From Leucoraja ocellata (lineage: Eukaryota): a stretch of DNA of 64,000 bases. The translations under genes and the position numbers were made by a program. Where the stretch lies: positions 3,348,001-3,412,000 of the forward strand of contig JAWMAR010000167.1 in the NCBI GenBank assembly GCA_036785375.1, written 5' to 3'. The notes under the pieces are model-generated. The model searched no databases. It was not told where the DNA came from and saw only the letters and a program-made list of their open reading frames with translations. Shown here piece by piece: positions 12,707 to 25,399 of this stretch. Position 1 is the stretch's first letter; every line of letters starts with the position of its first letter.

Positions 12707-12993
12707 CATAGAAACAGGCCATTTGGCCCACTGAGTCTCTGCCAGCTCACAGAGCCATCCTATTCTTTCACTAATTTTCCCTGTAACCTATTCTGCCATA
12801 ATTTCCATCCTACCTGCACTAGGGGGCAACTTAATGTGGCTAATTAACCCGTACATCTTTGCCATGTGGAAGGAAATAGCAAACCCATACACTTCCAGGG
12901 AGACTTCATGTCAAAGCTTCATGTAAACAGCACCAGAGGTCAAGATTGAACATGGGATAATGGATCTGCGATACAGCAGCTTTATTAGCTGCA
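12707..12993 (-). mobile_element. Old V-SINE
   Basis: catagaaacaggccatttggccc tail and degenerate V-domain and head. Confidence 0.6.
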
Positions 12994-13951
12994 TTCACCC
13001 CACATTTTTGTCAATTAGCTTACTAATGCATGATTTTACATCCTAATATATTGGGAAGTATGCAATTGAATTAGAAATTTTCAAAAATTTCACTAGTAAT
13101 TTCCTTTGCTAGTGAATTTGCATTTAGGCAATGTGAATACTAGAGCATTTGAGAAGGGTAACAGTCCAATTTTAAAGTGGGGCAGGAAAAAGATTGTCTG
13201 AGACCTGGGAATTTTCAACATTGGGGCCTTGGTCCTATGCTAAATATTTTTCTTGTCTAAAATGGACAGCGTTATGCAACTGCACTTCACTGTCAAGTAT
13301 GTAGAAATGTTCAAAGTTTTGGAGGGCTTTAAAGGTACTTAGGGAGTTGGTGGTTGAGCATCAGGAAATTAGCAGGCTTAAATTGGTGGGTACAAAGAAT
13401 CATTTCATCATATCATGGATAAATAAAATGGAGATAATTGGCTTTCAGCCTTGGTTGAAAAGCTTGCTGGACACTTTTGTAAAGTTAAGTGTGCTGTTTT
13501 TGGTTTCTCAATGAATCAGATGAGCCGGTTAAAATTGAAGTGTGGTGGACCTGTACAGGATGTTGGATGGGCAGCATGGTGATACAGCAATCAGCTGTAC
13601 CCGTGTTCATCTCCGACTTTGGGTGTTGGCTCTGCGGAGTTAGTATGTTCTTTCTGTGGCTGCATGGGTTTCCTATAGGCCCTATAATATATCGCTATAT
13701 CCCAAAAGCACACTGATAAACTAATTGTCAACTGTAATTGTAAACGGCTCTTGGTGTAGGTAAGTGGCAAAAAGAATCAAAGGGAGTTATTAAGCATGTG
13801 AGAGACAATGTTGAAGATCTATAGTGAAGTAAGAAGAGGGAAAATGAGGCTTAAGGAAGGGAAAATGAGGCTTAAGGAATGCTCTGCCAGGAGTAAACAT
13901 AGACTTCATGAGTTGAATGGTGACCTGTGTTGTAATAAGTAAATAAGTCTT

Positions 13952-14165
13952 TGTGGAATTCTCTGCCACAGAAGGCAGTGGAGGCCAATTCACTGGATGT
14001 TTTCAAGAGAGAGTTAGATTTAGCTCTTAGGGCTAATGGAATCAAGTGATGTGAGGAAAGCAGGAACGGGATACTGATTTTGGATGATCAGCCATGATCT
14101 TTTTGAATGGCATGCTGGTCCAAAGGGCCGAATGGCCTACTCCTGCACCTATTTTCTATGTTTCT
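13952..14165 (+). mobile_element. CR1-like LINE 3' end
   Basis: WNSLPQKAVEA peptide and gggccgaatggcctactcctgcacctattttctatgtttct terminus. Confidence 0.85.
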
Positions 14166-14295
14166 TGTGGTTGATTTTGTCCAATTCCCACAAGGGCCAG
14201 GTTAACATTTCTCCGAAAATATTTTACGTCATTTGGATTTATGTAAAAAAAAATTCTCACAATAATAAAATGTTTCCCATTGTGTTTCTGACCAG

Positions 14296-14470
14296 GTACG
14301 GGCACGTCTGGGAAGGCAGCTTCTCCTCCACCGACTCTTATGGATACCAGGCAGATGAGTGAGAAGTTAGAAGCCATAGTTTACCAACTTCGGCAGGTCA
14401 CCCGTGAACGGGATGAGTTACGCAAACAGCTGGCACTTTCTTCACCAGGCTCGACATTTGACGATTGCAG
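14296..14470 (+). CDS. DLG5: DLG5 exon, GTGTSGKAASPPPTLMDTRQ...RERDELRKQLALSSPGSTFDDCR
   Basis: accag acceptor, AG|gtacaa donor, 175 nt, phase 1-2; start of coiled coil. Confidence 0.93.
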
Positions 14471-15411
14471 GTACAAAGCATCGACTCGCTGTTCAGCGTT
14501 TTTGATAAAACTGCTCTTAATCTTTTAAGGTGCAATTGTAAAACACCTAACTGTGAAATATGTGTTCAAAACACTCTGACCTCTTCAGTTCCTGACTCTA
14601 TAATTTTCTCCAAATCTGTCATTGCCGCAACAATAATAGATTACATTTGCTTGGTCCTTTTAATGTAAAAACGAATGCCAAGACAATTTTCTGACTATTT
14701 TGCATTTGTCTACTTCTGGTCCTCTGATCACCCTGAATGCTTTTGTCTTTTACCTGGAAACTATGCCCTTTGCCCTTGCTCAGAACGACCCTCCTTGCAT
14801 TTGTCTGCTTTTTCATAGTTCTTTCCCGGCTTCAAACTTATAATAAATCATTTTGTCACCACTCCTAATTCATTTGGCCAATGTTTTCCTCAGCATTGAT
14901 CATTTTTGTGTGCTTTGATGTAATCAGGTGATAAATAACATTGTTCAGTCACCTTAGGAACGAAAGAATCAGGAAACAGGTTAATCACAGGGGAAGCATT
15001 TTGTATTCTGACTCAGCCAATTAAGTCATTTATTAACCCATAAAGTTAAGACATTGCTAGAATTATTCATCAATGGAAAGAGAGAGTTAACAGCTTGGGT
15101 CTCATTTTTCATCAGAAAGTCTATTGCTCTTTCGACAGATGCTGCCTCACATGTGCCTTCAGCACTTTTTTTTCTGGTTGTTTATCTCTAATCAGACACC
15201 ACACCTTTCTGACTTAGGATGGTGACACCGCTTCAAAGGTACTAGCAGACCCCAATGGTAATTAGGATAAAAGTGGACCCAGCTTGTCTTGTGCTATTCA
15301 TCTGTCCCAGAAATTATCAATGCTGGACAAGAACCTGAGGCTGCACTTAGGCGATTTTTCAGCAGACTCGTCTGAAAAACTAGGAACTGGAATGGCGACT
15401 GTCAGAGTGGA

Positions 15412-15456
15412 ACACACGCACACGACGCGCGCACGCACACACACACACGCACACGC
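15412..15456. repeat. Mixed (CA)/(CG) alternating purine-pyrimidine tract
   Basis: acacacgcacacgacgcgcgcacgcacacacacacacgcacacgc. Confidence 0.9.
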
Positions 15457-15987
15457 TTGTTGTTGAAAGGTATTGTTCAATTACTGTAAATATTAAGTTA
15501 CTGTTGTCACCTTTAGATTCCTAATTCTGAAATGAGATGTTATATGTTGGGATCTATTTAATTAAATGGGTACTGTTTTTATCAATCGTATATTGGTGTA
15601 ATAAATTACATATCTATTGATATTTATGTAATGTGTTCTGCTGGGCCGGTTTAGCTATAAGCTTAAAATTAATTAAAAAAAATAAGCATAACATCTCAGT
15701 CAGTTTCCTCTTTTGTACTTTTGGCAATGCTAAAATATTTTGACGAATATTAGTTACCCCAGAAGATACGGAATGTCAGTGTAATTTAAAGCATTTAAAA
15801 TCTGATTCTTCTTGGATATATCCAAGAATATTTGAGCAAAGGCAGGGAAATGGAGTTGAGGTACAATGCAGCCACAATCAAATAGGAGAGGCAGGCTCAA
15901 ATATTGTATGTTCTGTTCATATTTTTAATGCTCTTGCACTCGTATTGAGTATTAACTTTGCTATCGGATTTTTCCTTGCCTCTTCAG

Positions 15988-16131
15988 ACCTAGCCCTAAG
16001 CCCAGCCATGACTATGAGAGACTGAAGATGCAGTGCATGAAAGCCATGTCAGATCTGCAGTCTCTGCAAAACCAACAAACAAAAACGCTGAAGAAATGCG
16101 AGGAGGCAGTAAAGGAAGCAGATTTCTATCA
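15988..16131 (+). CDS. DLG5: DLG5 exon, PSPKPSHDYERLKMQCMKAMSDLQSLQNQQTKTLKKCEEAVKEADFYH
   Basis: cttcag acceptor, CA|gtaagt donor, 144 nt, phase 2-2; not in the ORF track, found by reading. Confidence 0.95.
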
Positions 16132-16501
16132 GTAAGTAGAGTCAGAGTTATAAAACACTGAAGCAGGCTCACTGAATTTACACTGACAATAAATTGGAGT
16201 ATAAATAAGATTGAGGTAGAAGCTAGAATGTCATAAGCTTCCAGACAAATAATATTTTGAAGTCCATTACATGTTCACATATTTGCTTGAAGGAATTATG
16301 TAAAATTAGATTTTTAGCCAGAGGGTTTAGACAGTTACTTTGTCTATGTATATCATTGACAGCTCACTAATGCCTGAGATTGCTTGAAATATCATTGGTG
16401 TCTTTGACCATGCTTGATAAAACTGCAAATGATGCAGCCCATCAGTGAGAGGAAATCAGAATTTTTTGGGTTAAAAAGTGTTTGAGAGAATTCCTTCCTA
16501 T

Positions 16502-16600
16502 GAGGTCTGAAGAAGGGTCTCAACCCAAAATGTCACCTCCTACTTTTCTCCAGAGATGCTGCCTGACTCACTGAGTTACTCCAGCTTTTGTCTATCCTCG
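16502..16600 (+). mobile_element. Penelope-like fragment with hammerhead-like core
   Basis: gaggt-ctgaaga-a-gggt-ctca-accc-aaaa-tg-tc-acctc followed by the family body. Confidence 0.75.
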
Positions 16601-17244
16601 AAGTTATGTCAATTTCTTGGAGTAAAGGTGGGAGCCACTGGCTGCATATTCCATCCAATATATTTTAGGCGAATGTGCACAAATATGTAATTGCCATTCA
16701 TTGATCTGCTTTTGCTGTGCTGCTGCATAATAATAGGAAAGTGACGTTTATGACTTTGTTATAATCGTCTTCTGCCAATCCTGTTGCCTTCAGAAACCAT
16801 TTTGAACATCTGAATGTAAATGTTCGATGTCATGGTAAGACAAAACGTATTAATCATGTCATTTGGGATTTAACATATACTCTGCAATATTATATTTGGA
16901 AAGAAATTGAAATCAATGTGGCATCTTTAAGGAGTTCATCCACACTGGGTGGGGAAATGCAACCAAATGGTAAGTAACCTTGGACTGTAAGCTTTTCACT
17001 GGGATAAAAACAAACTAGTAGATATATATTTACAGATCAGGCAGCATCTACAGAGATACAGTTAACATTTTTGTATGATGATTTTATCAGAACTATAAAA
17101 AGAAAAGTGGTTTAAGTTGTAGAGAAGGGAGAGGGATGGAGAGAATAAAGGAAATGTCTGCATTAAGATGGAGACCAAATTGATTGCAGTGACACATGCT
17201 GTTGTGCCCTCTGAGAAGATCATAAACATTTGTTTATCATAGGT

Positions 17245-17337
17245 AATCTATCCAGAGAAAGTGTATCTGAAGGGAATCTATCCAGAGAAAGTGTATCTGA
17301 AGGGAAACTATCCAGAGAAAGTGTATCTGAAGGGAAA
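17245..17337. repeat. 30-bp tandem repeat, 3 copies
   Basis: aa(t/a)ctatccagagaaagtgtatctgaaggg x3. Confidence 0.95.
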
Positions 17338-19544
17338 ATAGTAAGATTGGAGGGGAGAGGAAAAAATAAACTGATCCTTGCTTCCTCTGAATTAGAAAAT
17401 AAGTTGACTGAGTGTATTGAAGGCAATCTCATTGGTGGAGTGAATGCTTCTTGAGCTGAGTTCCTCTCTTTGACATAATTGCTTCACCTCAGTCACTTGA
17501 TATCTCATTTAAGAAAACTTGCTATTCTAGTTTTAAAGGATGGATGCAACTTGAAGGTAGACAAAAATGCTGGAGAACCTCAGCGGGTGAGGCAGCATCT
17601 ATGGAGCAAAGGGATAGGCGACGTTTTGTGTCGATTTGCTGGCCTTTAGTTATTTCTTGAATTTATGAAATGCATTTACGTGCTGGTAAAAGATTTGAAT
17701 ATTAAGATGTAAAAAAATAGATTTATCTATTAAATGAACAGATTTTAGAATGGTCTGTGAATTATTGCAAAATCTCTGGAAAAACTGCATTTCATCAAAA
17801 ATAAGACTATCCTTGAAATATTGTATTGAGCGCAGAGCATTAAATAAATCTTGGCATGGCTCATTGCTGTAAAATATGAGAAGCAATAAAATACGGCATG
17901 AAGGTTCATTGGAAAATGAGACATATTTCAATGGAAAATCCCTGTTTATAGCATGCTAAAGAGTATGAAACAACCATTAGCGAGGAAAAACCACAAAGAA
18001 GGATATTGTCCCCTTCAGATGGACCCCTGTGTTTAGATTCCAATATTACCCAATTTATTATTGGATGGCAATTTGCTGTATTGGATCTTGGCTTCTTTTA
18101 AAGCTTGAACAATTTTATGCATTCATTTCTGGAAGGCAGCAGAAACACCCACAGTAAAATGAGTGGGTATATGTAAAAAAATAAGATGTAATGTTATCGT
18201 GGCAGAAATCATTCCAAGATTTTTCGAGATGGGGAAGTGAAAGAATTGTATTTTAGATTTGTATTGTCATTGTTGATTGAGAGCAAACTGGCTGGATGTT
18301 CCTTCGCTGAATTAGTTTGTCCTGCTTTTGTGAACAAGACATAACTGGCAATTTTCCAGTCTCAGCTGGATGCAAGTGCTGTAACTGTACTGGAAAAGCA
18401 TGGGCGAGAAGCTAATTTTGGAGCACAGGTCTTCAGTACCGTTGCTAGGATGCTGGCTGGTCCTAAAGTCTTTACTGTATCCAACTCTCTCTTGATGTCA
18501 CTTGGAGGGAACTGAATTGACTGAGGACTAGTTTTTGCTGATGTTGGAGATATTTGACTAAAGCATGTATGGTCATCCGTTTGTGCATTGGAATGAATGT
18601 GGTTGCAAATACTCTAGCCTTGTCATTAGCATTTATATACTGGGCCTCATTGTCGTTAAAATTGGGATATTCTTGAAGCCACCTCATGGTGGCTATTTAA
18701 ATGCCCACATCTATATGGTAGAACTGCAGAGTATTGATCTAGAATTGACAGCACAGATAGGATGTTGTCAATTTATTAAACAATTAACCGGGAGAAAATG
18801 TTACCTTAGTTAAATAATTAAATTGCAGTGTAAGAATGTAAATGTAAGAATGCCTTTGTTTCTTAGTTTATAATCAAAATCCATTTCAGACCTTTGCAAC
18901 ATGTCCCACTTGTCCATTATTTGCTTTAATTGTTATGCCATTGTAACTTTGCAACTCTCTGTTAGCATGTTAATTTGCATATTCTCAGTGTCAGAACATT
19001 AGATCACCCTGTTCCTGACCCATTTCAGCATTAGGTACATTGAAAAATAGTGCCACCAAAATAATTGTTAATCAATCTGACATACAGAAGCTGAATAAAT
19101 GTAGTGCTTTATGGAGTGCTTAATTCAAATTGCTCTTTGGTAGGACAAATCTGGTCTCATTTTCCAGTGTTAGTTGCAGAATAAAAATAAATCTATGTTT
19201 CTTTCAGTCTGCCTTTCTTTCAGTAATCCATGAAGTGGCGTCCTGTAATTAAGTTTTCAATTCCCTGTAGTTATCTATTACATTACAAATTATTCAGCAC
19301 ACAATACGAATGATGTCATTTCCTTAACCCTTTGAAAGCACAGGTACTATACACTTGTCGCATGTTATAAAGGTCATTGTGCCCGAGTGGGATCTTTGAA
19401 AGAACTAACCAATTAATCCTTTTCCCCATGTCTATCCTTTTAATCATATATTCAAAGTCAATTACAGTCCCATAGAGTTTGTTCGCCAAGAGCTTTTGTT
19501 GAACATAACAGAATTGGACTAAATACTTGTAGTTCAGTCTATTT

Positions 19545-19861
19545 GTTTAGATTTAGTTTAGGGATACAGCACGGAAACAGGCCCTTCTGCCCACCAAGTC
19601 CGCACCGACCAGTGATCCCCACACATGAACACAAGCCTACACACACTAGTGACAATTTACACATACCAAGTAAACAAATTCAATCCAATTAACCTCAAAC
19701 CTGTACGTCTTTGGAGCGTGGGAGGAGACTGAAGATATCGGAGAAAATCCACGGGATCAAGGGGAGAACGTCCAAACTCCTTACAGACAGCACCCGTAGT
19801 CTGGATCAAACCCGGGTCTCCGACTCTGTAAGCGCTGTAAGGCAGCAACTCTACCGCCCAC
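19545..19861 (-). mobile_element. V-SINE
   Basis: Near full-length copy. Confidence 0.88.
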
Positions 19862-20600
19862 AATGATCTATGATCCAAGTAAAGGATTTCTTGCCATTGA
19901 TAGTATCTAGTCACCTGACATTGGAGAGTTAGATGACAAGCTACCATTTCACACTTTATAGAAGATTGATGTCAGTGACCTTTGGGTGTAAATATATATA
20001 TGCACAGTTAGTTACCTATACTTGTTTTCAGTAAACAATGTCACGAGGGCTGACACTAATGCTTAGCTTACAGAACTTGTGACCTTGCGGTTCGGGGGCA
20101 GGGGTGGGCTTCAGAGCCAATTTGCATGTGTACAGTGCATATATTAAAGAAATACACCCTGCAGCACTTTAGAAATTAATTCAGGACTGGAGTTGTTCTA
20201 GGCTGCACAGTAAAGCCATCTTGTGTCTCCAATCTGGTATATGTTGTGGATATTTTAATAATCAAACAGGTGGAGATTTTCTAATATCTCAGTCCCAGCT
20301 TCGTTGGAAATATAACCATCTGCCTATCAACAACTCCCTCACTTGTATCCACCTATTACTTGTCATACTTTGTCTGCCCCTTCTCTTCCAGCTTTCTTCC
20401 CTCCTCCCCTCAAACAATCAGTCTGGGGAAGGGGGACATAAAATGCTGCAGTAACTCAGCGGGACAGGCAGCATCTCTGGAGAGAAGGAATGGGTGACAT
20501 TTTGGGTCGAGACCCTTCTTCTGAGATGCTGCCTGACTCACTGAGTTATTCTCGCGCTTTGTATCTTGTCTTGTTTCTGTGAGATTGTTAGTTTGTTGGT

Positions 20601-20701
20601 AGACAAAAGTGCTGGAGAAACTCAGCGGGTGCAGCAGCATCTATGGAGCGAAGAAAATAGGCAACGTTTCGGGCCAAAACCCTTCTTCAGACTGATGACA
20701 A
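20601..20701 (-). mobile_element. Short Penelope-like insertion, intact hammerhead-like core on minus strand
   Basis: 17-bp direct repeat attgttagtttgttggt at 20584-20600 and 20702-20718. Confidence 0.8.
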
Positions 20702-21089
20702 ATTGTTAGTTTGTTGGTTGGCTAAGGAACAAAACTTTACGATCATTAATAATGCTGAAATCTAATATTTGGAAAACTGCAACTTGCACAACTGTTGAAA
20801 TACATATGTTGAAATATAAATCCTATTATCTTGTATTTTGTTCTTATCAGTCTCTGGCAAAGTTTTGTATACATATGATTCACCTCTGTTGAGGCAGGAA
20901 GAGATCAGAGGTCAACTCATCTGAAATAAACAAGAACACGTTGCAAAATGGAGGCAGTGCTTTTAATTAATTGTAAATTGTTACAGAAATATTCTAAATT
21001 TGTTCACCATTATTCAATGTGTTCAACCGGGGATCCTGCGGTTCAGTTATCAATTCCTAACACGCAAAACCTTTTTTTAATTCCGTCAG

Positions 21090-21273
21090 CACGTTACACA
21101 ATCGCCTGCGAATGGATCAGTCACAACTCAAGGAAGATATGGAGGTCATCAAGAGGGAGAACTCCCAGTTGTTACGGGAACACAATCATGCACAGCAGAC
21201 CTGTGAGGAACTGAAGAGACTCCATGAGGAGGATCTGAAAGAGATCACTGACCTGCGTTGTCAGCAGCAACAA
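21090..21273 (+). CDS. DLG5: DLG5 exon, TLHNRLRMDQSQLKEDMEVIKRENSQLL...EITDLRCQQQQ
   Basis: gtcag acceptor, CAA|gtgagt donor, 184 nt, phase 2-0; coiled-coil peptide in ORF 21112..21435. Confidence 0.95.
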
Positions 21274-21956
21274 GTGAGTGTGGAGTACATGCTATCAGCT
21301 TTTCATTACCAAGCAGCTGATTTTTTTTCACAATTGTATGCAAGAGATTTCTTGCGTTATCTTAGCGACTTGTATTACAGAATCTCCCCCCCCCCCCCCC
21401 TCCCCTCTGGCATGAGTGACAGTAAACTAGAATAGTGTGCATAATTGCATGAGGAGGGGATGCAGCAGCTCTGTTTCCAAGAAATAAGGAAGAGGCAAAA
21501 GGATTATTGTTATTTTGGTTCAGGGTATACAGTTAATTTTGTGTTTTTATTCTGTCCCAGAAAGACAAAGCATTGGCTGAAAAATGAACAATGAAATAGA
21601 AGGGACCAGGGAAGGGTTTGTTGTATTATTGTCGTGTGCACTGAAGTACAATGAAAAGTCTTTTGTTGCGTGCTAACCAGTCAGCAAAAAGACTGTACAG
21701 GATTACAATCAAGCCATCCACAGTGTACAGATACAGGATAAAGGGAATTACATTAAGTGCAAGATAAAGTCTGGTGAAGTCCGATTAAAGATAGGTTGAA
21801 GGTGTCCAATGGGGTAGATGGAGAGATTTGGACTGCTCTCTAGTTGGTGAGAGGATGGTTCAGTTGCCCAATAAAGATAAATGAGGTGCAAAGGACTACT
21901 TAAATAAAATAAATAAAATCAATGAATAAAAGATAAATAGATAAATAAAAGCTTTG

Positions 21957-22043
21957 GTAGACAAAAGTACTGGAGAAACTCAGCGGGTGCGGCAGCATCT
22001 ATGGAGCGACGGGAATAGGCAACGTTTCGGGCTGAAACCCTTC
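21957..22043 (-). mobile_element. Short Penelope-like insertion
   Basis: 11-bp TSD taaaagctttg at 21946-21956 and 22044-22054. Confidence 0.8.
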
Positions 22044-22499
22044 TAAAAGCTTTGCTGCTTTCTTGTCTATGATCTTTAATTTTTAAAAGCATTAAGATAT
22101 GCACTATTCCCATTACAGCTTTCATCCAGTATCCACAAGAGTGTAAATTTAGCTTGGCTGTCCAATTGTCCACAGGGATTGCCTGTTGGAATTGTCCCAA
22201 GTGCATGACATAATATGGTTTATCCAGATTTTGGCTGGATATGATTTCCTATCTGTAGCTGTACATTTAAAACAAGAATGTCTTTAAGTAACTGATGCCT
22301 CAACTCATTATTTGCTGTTTGTAATTACCCACATAATTTGAGCAGAGAAAAAATCGGATTGAGCAGTATTTTTAGTGAACCTCAATGGTATTGGTTCCGC
22401 CTTGTTGTACGTGAATGTCATTGATTCTCCCTGGAGGTTCACTAGCAGGTTGATGCTTCAATGCTGATGCAAACACGCATTCATTAGATCCAAAGCTGG

Positions 22500-23125
22500 A
22501 TTGAGGTGGGAGCAGTCCAAGCAGTCCACAACCATAGACAGTGGTGTCCAGACAACAAAATAAGGCGACGGTCCAGTCACCAGAAAGAGTCAGATATGAT
22601 AGGAACACATCATATGTGAAAAAGTATCACTATTGTGAGAGTCCAGGGACGCTGCAAACTGAAGTTGAGACTGTGGGGGATCAGACCGAAGACTACCAAA
22701 TTGATAATCCATGAATGCAAGAGTCTGAGGAGGAGACGATGCGAAACTAGAACCAAGATGAGGAACTGATGGAACAGGACATGACAGAGCAGAATCCAGT
22801 ACCAGCGCAAACAGATGCAAAGGCCAGACCAAAGCATCAGAGACCACCCAGGCGATACAAGGGCTATGAGATGTATTGACATGAAAATTATGTGTTATCA
22901 ATCTAATGAATGCCATATCCTAAATAGTGTTGGAATGTTCAGTTAACAATATGATGATGCGGAAATCCTTTTTGTTTGATAAGGGACGGATGTCATGGTA
23001 ACTGATGTTGTATTTAAATGTATCACATGTTACTGTGAGTCAAAAAGGTCAGAGGACATATGTTGCTGGGATGTAAAGGAATGGTGGAATAAAACCAGCG
23101 CATTCTGTGTTCAGTGTTTATTATA
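22500..23125 (+). mobile_element. Gypsy-like LTR retrotransposon remnant (pol tail, PPT, probable 3' LTR)
   Basis: VVSRQQNKATVQSPERVRYDRNTSYVKK and RPKHQRPPRRYKGY peptides, purine tract aagggacgga then TGT at 22991, AATAAA near 23089. Confidence 0.5.
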
Positions 23126-23660
23126 TTCGGAATAAGGTGAGGATCTGACATTGACGATGATGACGTTTGCATACCTGTGGCTTTGTGATTGATATACTCC
23201 ACCAATGCAGCTACTTTCCGATGAGAAATGTACTGAGACCCAGTCAATTACTGGCAATAACATACACTCCAGGATGGTATTTCAGAAATGCAGCAGTCTT
23301 GGTACATTTGTTCAGATGGGAAATCAACTGTTTGTCTGGCCTTGTAGATATATAAGTAAGTCTAATGATGTTATTCTTCAGGCTCTATTTGACCAACATG
23401 AACTTGATCATCTTTAGCACCAAACCAGAGATTGTTATGATGCTGCCTGACCTGCTGAGGTACTCCAGCATATTTTTTTGTAAACCAGTATCAGGTGTCA
23501 GCCACCTCGCATTCTTGTCCATTTTTCTTGCAGCAGTAAAATACATTTGAGCTAAAATAAAATGTAAGAAAAATTCATTGGGCCTCATTCTCCTCTCGTT
23601 CTTTACTTAACAAGTAGAAAACTTCAAAAAGATGCCATTAACCAAACACTCCCTTTCTCT

Positions 23661-23770
23661 TGAAGGTAGACACATAATGCTGGAGTAACTCAGCGGGCCA
23701 GGCAGCATCTCTGGTGAGGAATGGGTGACGTTTTGGGTCGAGACCCTTCTTCAGACTGATGTCAGGGGAA
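23661..23770 (-). mobile_element. Penelope-like fragment
   Basis: gaaggtagacac...gggtcgagacccttcttcagact. Confidence 0.8.
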
Positions 23771-24881
23771 TGGGAATCTTTGTCATTACATGACTAAAGG
23801 AAAATTTATAAAGTGACAAGTTAAGGGCCTCCTTTCAATACCAGTGAGAAATGCAATATTTATACCTTTGCCAATTTTGTCATACACGGATAATGGAAGA
23901 GCCCTTGTATTCACAGTCAAATTATGAGAAACTCCAGTTCATAGGGTGCCCGTGCACATTATAACATGCTTGCTTGTTGTTTTCCTAAATCTTCAAACCA
24001 AGGGCACTTTTCAAGCGTTAAATGCCATGATCTACCTATCCTGCACCATGAAAAAGGCTTTACTTTTATAATTGTGTAACCTGATCAATGTGAAATTCAG
24101 TGGTGTTATATATCTGCCTGACACTGCCAAGTTGAGTCACTTTAGGACTTAGTATAATCATGTTCTTTGTGAAGGGAGTTAAATAATTGAATACATCTTT
24201 TTTTGTCAGGGTGAATAATGGTAGAAAGAAGAGATTTGCTTTCTATAAAAGTTTCAGGGAAGATTTAGGCTCAATGAGCAATGCATTAATTATAAATCGT
24301 TCTTTTGTATGCTCTGATCTGCCAAATTATAATCATCCATTAAAAGTTCATTTTAGACTTTTTCTTCTTAAATTGACAATTTATTACAATCCTAAGTGTT
24401 TTTGCACAATAATCTGTGCACATTTACTTTAATCTTTTGTATTATCTTTGTTGCTGAATTCTGTGCTACTCTCTGAAGGACGAGTGCATAACAAGCGGGC
24501 AGTAGTTTTCCAGTAAATGTAGTGGAGACGCCATGTACTGGAGTGGTGAAAAGAGTATTATTTACCATCAAGAAAGAGTTACTGGCATTTCAATGACTAC
24601 TCTAGTGGCATTCGTGCATACTTAACGACTCTTCAGCTCACTGTAACACGCTACGAGTATCCTGGTCATTACATTAGAGTTCACACTTCGACCCGAGAAA
24701 CTATGTGTGAGGCTAATGAGGATTTAAATCTTGAAAAAAAAATGCGGTCCGTCTCCGACAGGTAGATGGACTGATCTCCTGCGAGACCTCAGCCTATGTT
24801 GAAAAAATATACAATCTTCAGGTGTGATTGGCTTGAAAGCGCAACGAAGGCCAACATTTCTGGAGATTATCATCTTTCTAA

Positions 24882-25223
24882 AAGCCCTGTCCCATTGTAC
24901 GAGTTCATTCAAGAGTTCTCCCGAGTTTGCCCTGATTCGAACTCAGAGATTTACAGTAATGGCCGCTCGTAGGTACTTTGGGCTCTCGTGGACATTTTTC
25001 AACATGTTGAAAAACATGTTGAAAAACATGTTGAAAAATCTTCACGAATCTTCCCAAGCTTACTGTGTTTCCAGAGGACCTGCCGTTAGTGTTACGAGCT
25101 GCTAAGTGACATCCCTGATCTCCGACGTACCCGCTACGGGCATTCTACGTGCTTCCACGAGTTTGATTTTTTTTTTAAACTCGGGAGAGCTCTTGAATGA
25201 ACTTGTACAGTGGGACAGGGCTA
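24882..25223. mobile_element. MITE, PIF/Harbinger-like
   Basis: 46-bp TIRs (24883-24928, 25177-25222; 3 mismatches), TAA/TTA flanks, no ORF. Confidence 0.85.
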
Positions 25224-25399
25224 TTAATGCCAATATCTTGTTTCAACAGAGGTGAGTGCAAGACCTCTTGGCAGCACCTGCTGCAATCCTTGTTGCCATT
25301 CTTCAACTCTCCAGGCTGACCTGTTAATAAATTATACCAAGATTCTTCAGCACAGGTTGATAAGGATGAACAGGATATTCAGGGACAAATTAACTGTGA

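Noticed and set aside
17230-17454. Repetitive peptide ORF (NLSRESVSEG)n as a cryptic exon
   Set aside because: Product of a 30-bp tandem repeat; no convincing donor and the phase does not fit the neighbouring exons
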